Positions 22,367 through 31,843 of a stretch of 48,139 nucleotides of DNA are shown piece after piece. The notes below the pieces were generated by a model. It did not search any database. It saw nothing but the letters and a program-made list of their open reading frames with translations, and was not told the DNA's origin. Source of the stretch: an uncultured Nitrososphaerales archaeon (GTDB taxonomy: Archaea > Thermoproteota > Nitrososphaeria > Nitrososphaerales > Nitrososphaeraceae); contig CAVPXM010000058.1 of assembly GCA_963709405.1 (NCBI GenBank), positions 1 to 48,139 of the forward strand. Direction: 5' to 3'. Each line of letters starts with the position of its first letter. The first letter of the stretch is position 1. The position numbers and the translations under genes were made by a program.

Positions 22367-23587
22367 CTATCTCGGAATCCAAGTTCCTTTAGGATGATCA
22401 TAAGAAGTGGAACTATCGACCGCTAGCACAACAAAACCTGCGCCTTGTAAGAATCTGCCTATATCGTGGTCGTTACCTACATATGATCCTTGTTCTGGGA
22501 ATATAGCTTCTATTTCCTCTGCTGAACCTGGAGGTATTGAGATTTCATATACTTTTGATATTGACGATAATGGATGAGTATTAGTAATAATTGAGTCGAT
22601 TGTTAAGTTGTTATTAGTATAGTTATTAGTATTGGTATTATAATGTATGGTTTTAATCATTCCAGAAGCAAAGTTAAAGGAGAGATAACCTCTAGGACCA
22701 GCATTGACTATATACCATCTTGTCAGTTCACCTGGCTTGACCTTGAACACTTCTGCATTTTTATTAAGAATTATTTTGCTTACAGTGCCAAAAAATGGCA
22801 TGTACTTATATGCCATACCATTGGTTAATATCAAATCAGGTTTATTTGCAAGAAATTTATTAATATCAAACGAACCTATTACTCTTTTTGCAGATGCACC
22901 AGTAAATGACATATTTGAATTATCGTTATTGTTACTATCTACTGTATTTGAAGCATCTGTGAATAATCCACTATCAGCTGTATTGTATATTTCTCCGAAT
23001 ACTACGTAGAATTCTTTTGCTGCTGGTCTCTCATTTTTAGGATGGACTACAATTCCACCATACATTCCACTAGCAATATGATCCCAGATACCATTTAGAT
23101 TATCTCCGTCACAATGGTACATAAAAACGCCAGGGTATTTTGCTATAGCTTTCAGTGTACTATTTTCACCGGGTTTTACGGAAGAAACCAAAGCATGAGT
23201 TGGGCCTTCTATTCCATGTAAATCTAAACTGTGAACAAGTTCTCCTTTATTATATAACGTTATCTGAAACATATCTCCTTGATTGACTACAATTGCTGGA
23301 CCTGGTATAGTGTCGTTATATGTCATTGCTTTGTATAAAATGCCACCTGGATGTAGTGTATTGTCAGGAGAGATCTCTACTATATTTTTATCGTCTGCAA
23401 TTAAAGTAAATTTCTTTATACTTTCGTGATTGTTGCGCGTATTCAGTTGTGAAGGTCTCATTGTTGATGATGGTAAAGGATAGGTTTTTTGGTCATATGA
23501 TGAAAAGGCTGAAATGTGACTGGTATTATTTAGTATTAGTAATACTACTCCTTGAAAAATAATCAGTAGAGTTATTATTATTCCCAT
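22367..23587 (-). CDS. nirK: NirK-like two-domain multicopper oxidase
   Basis: HSLDLHG, YHCDGDNLNGIWDHIASGM, GNDHD; the ORF-track extension to 23659 is partly the antisense of an RTX remnant. Confidence 0.82.
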   Translation of the reverse strand: MGIIITLLIIFQGVVLLILNNTSHISAFSSYDQKTYPLPSSTMRPSQLNTRNNHESIKKFTLIADDKNIVEISPDNTLHPGGILYKAMTYNDTIPGPAIVVNQGDMFQITLYNKGELVHSLDLHGIEGPTHALVSSVKPGENSTLKAIAKYPGVFMYHCDGDNLNGIWDHIASGMYGGIVVHPKNERPAAKEFYVVFGEIYNTADSGLFTDASNTVDSNNNDNSNMSFTGASAKRVIGSFDINKFLANKPDLILTNGMAYKYMPFFGTVSKIILNKNAEVFKVKPGELTRWYIVNAGPRGYLSFNFASGMIKTIHYNTNTNNYTNNNLTIDSIITNTHPLSSISKVYEISIPPGSAEEIEAIFPEQGSYVGNDHDIGRFLQGAGFVVLAVDSSTSYDHPKGTWIPR

Positions 23588-23611
23588 ACCTGGCTCAACC
23601 AATATGCCATA

Positions 23612-23836
23612 CCTGGCAATGATATCATATATAGAGGTAATGGTGATGATTATATGCAAGATGGGCCTGGAAACGATAAGATCTATGCAGAAAATGCTGA
23701 TGATAAGTTGGTTGTTGGTCCAGGTGCAGATTTATTCGATTGTGGACCAGGAAATGATGTAGTTAAAGACTTTAATGCAACTGAAGGAGATGTTCATCTA
23801 GCCAACTGTGAAATGATTGAAGATGACAATGATTAA
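23612..23836 (+). pseudogene. 3' remnant of the RTX calcium-binding gene (paralog of 5595-6124)
   Basis: PGNDIIYRGNGDDYMQDGPGNDKIY...ANCEMIEDDND matches 5900-6124. Confidence 0.85.
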
Positions 23837-24170
23837 AAAGATATCGTTTATAAGAAAATCGCACATAGTAGATTTGGAGTTGCTATTGTCAAGACTTTAA
23901 AGTGCATCATATGACTCTGACTCTTTATAGCAACCATTTGTAAATCTCAAATTAGAAAGATCTGAATCTATCTCTAATGAAACGTGTTTGGAGGTACAAC
24001 AATTAACTAACATTTTCAAAAAGTCATTATACGAAATAGATTGGTAATTAAAAGAAATGAACTAATTATAGCCGACAGTCAAGAGGATTAAGCTGATTTT
24101 AATTTCTGGACCCAGAATATGGTTTCTAAAATTTCCAAAAAAGGAATATGGAGATTCGGTATCGTTCATT

Positions 24171-24729
24171 CTAGTAATCAAGAACTACCGGGCGTTGGTC
24201 GATTATTTTTTGCATTTTAGGCATCTCTGGATGTGTGTCAATCTCTATGCCAGGAAGAAGATTCTCGATAGTCAATCCAGCCATCTTCACGCAGTGGTCA
24301 CATGCAATTACCCTGCCTCCTTCATTCAGGAACAGTTGAAGCGTTTTACTTACTGGTTCTAATGGTCCGGTTACATTTTTCGTTGCAATCTTAACCCCGT
24401 TTACGTCAAGGAGGATCGATACATCTTTGCCGTCTCGTAACATAGTTAATGAATGATCCACTCCCATCATTGCCGAATGGACTTCATAAGTGCTATTGCT
24501 CTCTCCAGGTACTTATATGTACTAATACAGGAGTACCTTTTCCAAGTAAATGCATTTTTGATACTGGAGCTGTTGTTGCATTCATGTCCATATTCATGCC
24601 CATCGAACTAGGAGTAGAGGTCTGTGCAAGTACGGAATTTTGGGCTAGCATATTAATTGTGATAGCACCTGTAACTAGACTAGCAATTGCGAGTGCAGTT
24701 ATTATATATTTTAGATGATTGTTTCTCAC
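24171..24729 (-). pseudogene. Inverted copy of the secreted DsrE-family gene, frameshifted, with TATA and ATG deleted
   Basis: 24110-24600 is close to the reverse complement of 31985-32472; frameshift near 24505. Confidence 0.82.
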
Positions 24730-24736
24730 TACTTTA

Positions 24737-24759
24737 TGGTTCGTTCGACGAATGTTCTA
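24737..24759 (-). promoter_or_regulatory. 23-bp palindromic operator
   Basis: Minus strand tagaacattcgtcgaacgaacca followed by taaag, as at 31787. Confidence 0.8.
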
Positions 24760-24982
24760 GTAATGGCCAAAATCCTTGGGAACTCGCTTTAAGTTTTTAA
24801 ATCATGTGGTATGGATTATACTGATATACCGGAACATAACGTGCTGCTATTTGTCGAAATGGCTCTATATTTATATAATGAATATCATGATCTTCTTAAT
24901 TCAAACTAACATTTTGTCAACCTAATAGATGTATAAAATTTATATTATAATCAACTGAAACAAGATCGATCCTTTAAGTGGA

Positions 24983-25483
24983 TTATTGCTTGGATGTCAA
25001 GTTAAACTTGAATTCCGCAATTTCAGTCTTGAGCGGATTGAAGAGTATAGCATAAATTGGAATCTTGATTACGTATTGACCAGCTGGTAAATTGTGATTG
25101 CCAAGAATCGGCACCTCAATTTCCCCATTATAGGTGTGTAATGGGATTTGTGGTTGACCAGTTTCGTTCGAATACTGGAATTTCACTTTATTATCTTTCA
25201 AAATTAGAAAATTATAATCCACATGTTCTTGTAATATCTGAGTATGTGGTCTAAAGAAGGATATTTTGAAGAGGTCCTTTACTTCCGGATCAGATTGTGT
25301 ATTTAACTGTTCGACTGAGATATCTAAGCTTCCCCTGTCTGTTGAATTTCTTGCTATAAATGTAGCTCCGTCAACGTTTTGAACCGAGAATAAGCAAGAG
25401 ATCAAAACTATCAAACCTACGGAGATTAGTATAAATGAGAGTGAGAAGATCGACGCAAAAACACCTTTGTGAATATTTTTCAT
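24983..25483 (-). CDS. Secreted Q-HVDY domain protein (paralog of 17760)
   Basis: Signal peptide; QEHVDYNF, PLHTYNG. Confidence 0.78.
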   Translation of the reverse strand: MKNIHKGVFASIFSLSFILISVGLIVLISCLFSVQNVDGATFIARNSTDRGSLDISVEQLNTQSDPEVKDLFKISFFRPHTQILQEHVDYNFLILKDNKVKFQYSNETGQPQIPLHTYNGEIEVPILGNHNLPAGQYVIKIPIYAILFNPLKTEIAEFKFNLTSKQ

Positions 25484-25615
25484 AAAGCTTATTATATTTT
25501 TCCACTAAGAATCTATCCCAGAAATAGCTAGACATATAGCGTGTGATTTTCCCATTCGTAAGTGTGGCTTACGATAGAGTCAAATGCCTTCCAACTGTCA
25601 AAGGAATGCCTGATG

Positions 25616-25690
25616 AATTATGAATGTCAATACGAAAATAGAAATTAATCCCTATTATGGTAGGATTTTATACCTCGTCACAATTGAAAA
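25616..25690 (+). pseudogene. Short remnant of the CopCD C-terminal domain
   Basis: Encodes MNVNTKIEINPYYG versus MNVNTKIEINPFYS in CopCD. Confidence 0.65.
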
Positions 25691-25774
25691 TATATGTCCT
25701 GTACTTCCTTGCAATGCACTGCTGTGCCTACTAAGAATATAATTATAAATAAGGTATGGAGGATGTTGAATGAC

Positions 25775-26326
25775 ATGATTAAATCGTATATAATTGTGTA
25801 CGGTGAAATTACATTAGGACTCTTATTACTTCTAATGACTATGGTCACAGGAATGTATCAATCTCCGAATCAAGCATTTGCACAGAACATATCTGGTATG
25901 GGTGATATGAGCAGCATGGGTGGAGGAAGTATGGGTGGTATGAGCAGCATGGGTGGAGGAAGTATGGGTGGTATGAATATGCCAGGTACTCTCCATGAGA
26001 TGTGTCATATGGGGAATGATATGCCTCCACACTACTGTCTGCCATCGTACAATGTTATGAGTTCAGTGCAAGGAGTTAAAGTAAGTGCTGTTTCACCATT
26101 GAATAACAATAGCCTTGATATTACACTTCAACAATTAAACACTATGTCTAATGCAACGACTACTCAAAAAATAGTTGTTGTAGGGGGAGGAGGAAACTTG
26201 GCGGGAGCTACCATAGTCAACCCTGATTGGAAAGCAAACACTCAAGTTCATTTGAAACTGCAGGGCTCAGACTCTATATACGATCTCTCTGGTATACATA
26301 TCCACCTTTTCCCATATACTGGTTAA
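25775..26326 (+). CDS. Secreted Met/Gly-rich putative Cu(I)-binding protein
   Basis: AFA-Q cleavage; 33-bp repeat x2 at 25907-25972 (MSSMGGGSMGG); HEMCHMGNDMPPHYC; HIHL; start chosen from the TATA at 25743. Confidence 0.78.
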   Translation: MIKSYIIVYGEITLGLLLLLMTMVTGMYQSPNQAFAQNISGMGDMSSMGGGSMGGMSSMGGGSMGGMNMPGTLHEMCHMGNDMPPHYCLPSYNVMSSVQGVKVSAVSPLNNNSLDITLQQLNTMSNATTTQKIVVVGGGGNLAGATIVNPDWKANTQVHLKLQGSDSIYDLSGIHIHLFPYTG

Positions 26327-26402
26327 CAATTCTAAGATTTCGGACCTTGCAGGGCTAAAACAGACGGTAGCGGATGTAAGACGATGCTCGTGGGAATGGA
26401 CA

Positions 26403-27118
26403 GCTCTGTTCACTTAACGATGAATGTATATCTATAGACACGCTACTGCTTTAAATTCTAATGTCAAAAAGAAGAAGCTGAACGTCTTCAAAATATACTT
26501 ACTATGCATTACAGATATACTTTTCAGGTTTATCACTTAAAAACATCACAGAGGATATCTCAATATATCAAAAGAAACCATGTTTCCATTTGGAACTGGA
26601 TCCAGCGCTACAAGCCAAGGAAAATATTCAAAACGAGATGCAAACTATCCGAATTTATCATAGATTAGGCATTGGTTAAAGTATGGATTGACTATGTGTG
26701 ATGGTTATGGGTTGCGATGATTGAAACAATGGATAAGATGGCTTATAGGTATTCGCATCTCCATAGAGAGAAGCATGCTAGCTGCTGAATAGTTTATACA
26801 ATCTCTGATTAGAAAATATGGAAAACACATTATTTCAACGGATGGTGGTACATGGTATCCATCCACGGGCATGTAGATAGATTCATGAATGTTGAACATC
26901 GTCATCGTCATCGTCATATTCATTCCTTTTATCAAAAAAGTATTATCGAAAGGACAATCCAATACATAATGGACAGAACTGAATGTTTTGAAGACTATTT
27001 TCCATGTAGGAAAGATAATAATAATTATTGTGAACTAAAGCATGTCATGAATTGGTTGAGTTTATTGGCGGATATGCACAACAAAGAAATTATGGAAAAG
27101 ATTGTAAAGTGAAGAGCC
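26403..27118 (+). mobile_element. IS6-family element with decayed transposase
   Basis: Ends gctctgttcactt / aagtgaagagc; KRNHVSIWNWIQRY, WLWVA, STDGGTWY, IIERTIQYIMDRTECFEDYFPC; stops and frameshifts. Confidence 0.85.
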
Positions 27119-27652
27119 TATTTAGCTCGAGGTTTAATGTACTTCAAATCAATAAAATATTAGAACACACTAAGCTGCAGATCTTTCTAACTTAACATAG
27201 CCATGTTCCTTAGTACAATACTGGCATTTGTAAGTAAATCTAACAATATCTTGTTATCATCTAGTGGCTTTATGCTTTTTGGAAATTGTATATAATTTAT
27301 CATATTGATTAACATTGTTAAATATGGGCACTCTTACTTAGCTATAATGCATTGATAAAAGATAGATATTATTAATTGAGTACCGGCATATATTATACTT
27401 ATGTAATAGTCTGGGCCTCTCCTGTCCTCGTAAAACAACATAAATTGTGAAAGAATTAGACATCGTATAAACTGAACATTCACGAGGATTTATTTGATTA
27501 AAAGATAAGTCTATATAATATTGCTCTGGTGTTTTGATAATAACAGCCAGCCAATATCTGAGCCAAATAAGTTCCTGTTCTCAAGGATATAGTCACTATA
27601 ATTCGGACTCATAGTAGCATAACTAAATTATATGACACGCTTTTTACTAAAT

Positions 27653-27675
27653 TGGAGCATTCGTGAAATGTACTA
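27653..27675 (+). promoter_or_regulatory. 23-bp palindromic operator
   Basis: tggagcattcgtgaaatgtacta, 5 bp, TTTATT (27681), in-frame GTG at 27710. Confidence 0.78.
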
Positions 27676-27709
27676 CAATATTTATTACCTTCATGATGAC
27701 AAAAAAATT

Positions 27710-28774
27710 GTGTGCATTATCAATAAATGTATGATGGCTATTGAAAGAGCCTCGCTATATTCGACAGTAAGTATTTTATCTACATTATTTGTCATTACTG
27801 TCGTTATGACAGCAGTGCTTCCGGCTTATGGTCATACATTCTCACAAAATGAGAATTCTTTATTTCTGACTAAAATGGATCAAATGCATTCTCAGTTACA
27901 ACTAGTTCAGAATCTTCTTTCCACCAATGCAACTTCTGGCGGTAATAATACGAACAATACCAAATTCGCTCTAATTCATGCGATCGAGGCAGCAGCATTG
28001 TTAAAGCAAAAGGATCCTGTAAACAATTTTACATGGAATCAGGAGATTGCGGAAAGAAATCAAAGGGTTGCAAATGATCTTGTAAGAGGATTAAACGATC
28101 TCACTACCTTCATAGATCAGAATGCATCACCAAAAGGTAATTCCAAGGTTGCTTTAGCCAATGAAAGCTCATCTATTCAAGATAAAATAAATAATTTAGG
28201 TGGCCTCTTAGATGAGGCCATATCTGCTAGAGTCGCGAAAGATATCGTGAATAATTCAACAAATCAGGCTCTGGTGCTGGCTAATATCGGAAACGAGATA
28301 TTTTATAGCTATGGTCAGGCTCTTGGATTTCCATATCCAAAGTTGGCTAATATGGTTGCAACCATGAATATGTCTGCGATGAGTGGTAATAATATGAATA
28401 TGCAAGGAAAGAATATGATGCAGGAAAATATGAATAATATGAATATGAATAATATGAATATGAATAGCAACAAGATGCCAGCCATGGGTAATAATGTGAA
28501 TATTCTAAATGAATCACAATATCAGAATGCGCAGGCGTATGTCAAACAAGCCCAAGAAATGGTCTCAAAGTATCTAAAGTCTCCAGCCTCTACTAATAAA
28601 AATATGACCTCTGATGTGCAATCACATCTGAATAAAATCCTTTCGCAGCTAAAAACAACTATTGATAATAAGGGACCATTCAATACTGTAATGACTCTTG
28701 TACATATGCAACTACATCCAACACTAATATCTGGTCATGGGCTGAAATTAGTAGCCCCTCCTCCCACTACTTAA
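27710..28774 (+). CDS. Secreted His1/Met-loop helical protein
   Basis: AYG-HTFSQNE, (MN)-rich loop, VHMQLHP; close paralog of 41053; start revised from 27632 by promoter spacing. Confidence 0.85.
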   Translation: MCIINKCMMAIERASLYSTVSILSTLFVITVVMTAVLPAYGHTFSQNENSLFLTKMDQMHSQLQLVQNLLSTNATSGGNNTNNTKFALIHAIEAAALLKQKDPVNNFTWNQEIAERNQRVANDLVRGLNDLTTFIDQNASPKGNSKVALANESSSIQDKINNLGGLLDEAISARVAKDIVNNSTNQALVLANIGNEIFYSYGQALGFPYPKLANMVATMNMSAMSGNNMNMQGKNMMQENMNNMNMNNMNMNSNKMPAMGNNVNILNESQYQNAQAYVKQAQEMVSKYLKSPASTNKNMTSDVQSHLNKILSQLKTTIDNKGPFNTVMTLVHMQLHPTLISGHGLKLVAPPPTT

Positions 28775-29544
28775 GATATAATCTATCGTTCTAGACTAAA
28801 ATGATAGACCAACACGTACGTATCATTCGTCTCATCGGCAAGTCCAGTTTTGAATAACAACACATATTACAAATCTGTTCTAATAGATTATGGTTAATAG
28901 ATGAAATAGATTTAATCTATAATCAACTTGAATTTAATATGATATACACGATAACTAACTGTCACTGATCCCTGCCTTAATATAGGATCTTTTGCATAGT
29001 ATGAAAAATTGGTCCATTTGAATACATACGACATACTACAAATAGCTTCTTTTAGAAGTCTGCTCTGACTTCTATATCGAGATCTAGGAAGAACAATTGA
29101 TTGTAGCATATTATTCACTTGATCAAAGAAGGAATACAAAATATTGTTTTATATTCTAAATATACATTGGATATCTCTACAGGTTATGTCGGTGTGTAAT
29201 GATTTTACCACAATGACAAATTTCCCATCTAGATATATAATTTAGACAGGAACGGCAGTTGAAAAAATACTTACATGTATTATGCTACAATTGCTTATGC
29301 TGTAAATTCATTAACAGGCCCTATAAAAAATAATCTGTTATTTGCGAGTACACGAGCAACTATCATTAATTAATTGACTCCATCACGAGCCCATTCGTAA
29401 TTCCTTATTTCATCTTTATAGTTAAGGATTTTTTGACTTAACATCTCAGTTTCCTTAATTTTTTATTATTTGAACTCTTATAAATTGACGAGTAGGTAAA
29501 TCATTATATATTTTAAATGCATGCCTAATCCGATTCCAATTTTT

Positions 29545-29567
29545 TGGAACATTCACCGAAAGAACCA
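29545..29567 (+). promoter_or_regulatory. 23-bp palindromic operator
   Basis: tggaacattcaccgaaagaacca, 5 bp, TATTTG (29573), GTG at 29601. Confidence 0.75.
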
Positions 29568-29600
29568 TTGAATATTTGTTAAGATCTCGTACTCCCATCA

Positions 29601-30107
29601 GTGGTATTGAACAAGATTACCATACACGGGATTCATTATTTTTCCCCACTAGTAGGTCATGCATTACCGCCAAAGAGCTATATTCATCTATACGATACGA
29701 CACCATATCATATTATGAATGGCCATGTAGCAATTAAGGTCCCATGTAATGCTAAGTCTGAACCGTCAGTTCAGATCTTAGATGGAGTAGCACCTTTTTT
29801 ACAGCCAGCTAAATTGGAGCTAATTTCTAAATTGTCTGTTCCTGGAAGTATATGCTTGTACCATCATGATTTGATTTCGATAATGGGTCCACAAGGTAGA
29901 CTGATTACTGATGTTGCACTAATGAACCCAACTGATTCAGAAATTGTCTTTCCCAAGACCAGTACTGTAGTACTAGGAGTAAATGAGATCATGTTGGATC
30001 CCGATGCATTTCCTGAAGAAATGAAAGAAATGGGAAATATGACAGCAGTTTCTTTTTCCCATTTCCCTCCCCTCAAAGAACCATCGTGTCCATGTATGCT
30101 GCTATAG
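29601..30107 (+). CDS. HxYDxTPY-family His/Cys protein (paralog of 36963 and 47929)
   Basis: HLYDTTPY...GHVAIKVPC...CLYHHD...TDVAL.NP...GVNEI. Confidence 0.75.
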   Translation: MVLNKITIHGIHYFSPLVGHALPPKSYIHLYDTTPYHIMNGHVAIKVPCNAKSEPSVQILDGVAPFLQPAKLELISKLSVPGSICLYHHDLISIMGPQGRLITDVALMNPTDSEIVFPKTSTVVLGVNEIMLDPDAFPEEMKEMGNMTAVSFSHFPPLKEPSCPCMLL

Positions 30108-30368
30108 TTTAATCTTATAACATCATAATGAGGAATATTTGCGTCTCTTACCTGATACGAGAAAGGTTTACCAACAGAATTTATGTGAGAAGACTAAGAG
30201 GTGGTCTGTGCTATGACACTTGACTTATGACGTTTTGTTCCTAACTTACCTCTGTCTGTAGGATTAGGGCCAGCCAATCATTTCCCCCCTAAAGGTGCCT
30301 TTACAGATATTAGCTAGTATCGATCATGATATCAGTATTGTCAATAAATGTTGGTACGTCTTATAGAC

Positions 30369-30391
30369 TGGTACATTCGTGGTATGTACCA
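30369..30391 (+). promoter_or_regulatory. 23-bp palindromic operator with no adjacent ORF
   Basis: tggtacattcgtggtatgtacca, 5 bp, AATAAT (30397). Confidence 0.85.
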
Positions 30392-30425
30392 TAAACAATA
30401 ATAATCCCATTTACGGTAATCAATC

Positions 30426-30524
30426 TGACATCTATACCTTGATAGGATAGACGATTCATCATCAGTACAGACCAGGACACAATATTCGTGTTTAGCGGGG
30501 AATAAATCCCCTCTCTATCTGTAC
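30426..30524 (+). ncRNA. Candidate structured small RNA (5' hairpin plus three-way junction)
   Basis: gtacaga/tctgtac encloses gacac/gtgtt and gggga/tcccc hairpins; no ORF; expected distance from the operator/TATA. Confidence 0.42.
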
Positions 30525-30682
30525 AACGATTAAATTACCTGCATATGTATAATATTTATTATAGAAAAGAATTTCTTATTATAATACATCACAACTTTAG
30601 CACTAATAAGTCATTTATTGAAAACAAATATAACTTGACGATAATTATTTAAGATCTATCAAAGTCGATATTGTGATTCTGG

Positions 30683-31357
30683 ATGGTAGGCATAGTGTAT
30701 AAAGTAACGAAATTGTTCTGCTCGAAGATCTGGAATGAGTACGATTATTATTTTCCGGTACTCGCTTTAGTGGTGTTTGTTTCGCTGTCACCAATATCAA
30801 TTATTTCGTTTATGTTGCAATCACAATCTGATCAGATTATTTGTACTCCATGCAAAAACATGGCTTACGCCCAGACTAGTGACGGTCAGAATAACCAATT
30901 TTATAACAATGTATCCCAACAATGGGCTGATAAGACTAGTGGTGTTAAGATAATATTTGCATATTCCCCAGCAAAGCCATTAGTTGACTCACCTACTGAA
31001 TTAAGATTCCTTGTTCAGGATTTGAAGACTGATAAATACTTCAAGAATTTACTTGCCCATGTAATTATAACAACCAATAGTAGCGGACAAGAAAGGACAT
31101 TCAAATTCAATAATATTACGGCTCCAAACGGAAATTTTTCATTAAAGTATTTATTTCCAGATTATGGCACATATCAGATCATCGCTAATGTTAGATCAAA
31201 TACATCTGCAGTAGCACTAGCATCATTTCAGCTAGTGGTTCCACTTCAAGCTTCGAATATGTCCAGTATTTCAGCAATGCCAGCAGGAATTGCGATCATT
31301 ATTGTTGGCATAGCAGTATTGGTAGGAGTGATCCTTAAGATTAGAAAACCATATTGA
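30683..31357 (+). CDS. Membrane-anchored Ig/YtkA-like surface protein
   Basis: Leader, QQWADK..GVKIIFAYSP, FPDYGTYQII, C-terminal TM plus basic tail. Confidence 0.8.
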   Translation: MVGIVYKVTKLFCSKIWNEYDYYFPVLALVVFVSLSPISIISFMLQSQSDQIICTPCKNMAYAQTSDGQNNQFYNNVSQQWADKTSGVKIIFAYSPAKPLVDSPTELRFLVQDLKTDKYFKNLLAHVIITTNSSGQERTFKFNNITAPNGNFSLKYLFPDYGTYQIIANVRSNTSAVALASFQLVVPLQASNMSSISAMPAGIAIIIVGIAVLVGVILKIRKPY

Positions 31358-31452
31358 AAGTTTAATAACCATTATCATAACGTTGCCTATCTTTTGTATA
31401 TTGAGGAGGGGCCATCATTAGTAGCTTTAATCTAACATTTTCAAAAAGTCCT

Positions 31453-31733
31453 TTTTCACTAAAGTATTTATTTCCAGATTATGGCACATATCAAGTTATC
31501 AGTAATGTCAGATCAAATTTATCTGCAGTAGCACTAGCATCATTTCAGATAATAGTTCCCTCTGCATCTTCGAACTCGTCTATTCTTACAGCTTTGCCAG
31601 CAGGTACTGCGATCATCATTGTAGGTATTGCTGTATTAGTCGGAGTGATTATTAAAACTAGAAAACCGTAATTAACAACTGCTATATAGTGTAGTTCAAT
31701 AATAGTATTAAGGTAATTCGATAGTTGTATTAT
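31453..31733 (+). repeat. Diverged duplicate of the 3' end of the 30683 gene, flanked by AAGTCCT direct repeats
   Basis: 31453-31672 parallels 31136-31357; aagtcct at 31446-31452 and 31734-31740. Confidence 0.8.
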
Positions 31734-31786
31734 AAGTCCTCACTCGGAGTAGATAGGTCATTAGAAGAAAAGGGACTAATAATTAC

Positions 31787-31809
31787 TGGAACATTCGTCG
31801 AATGTACTA
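31787..31809 (+). promoter_or_regulatory. 23-bp palindromic operator
   Basis: tggaacattcgtcgaatgtacta; T-rich box from 31815, ATG at 31844. Confidence 0.9.
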
Positions 31810-31843
31810 TAAAGCTTTTTTATTAGTGAAACATGTCACACTC

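Noticed and set aside
27632-27709. ORF-track N-terminal extensions (27632; likewise 31802, 17548, 25694, 23659)
   Set aside because: They run through operator/TATA sequence or antisense remnants; downstream starts fit promoter spacing and paralogs better.
30420-30530. Minus-strand CUGAUGA next to stems, suggesting a hammerhead ribozyme
   Set aside because: The required GAAA after stem II is missing (GAUU found) and stem III cannot be built.
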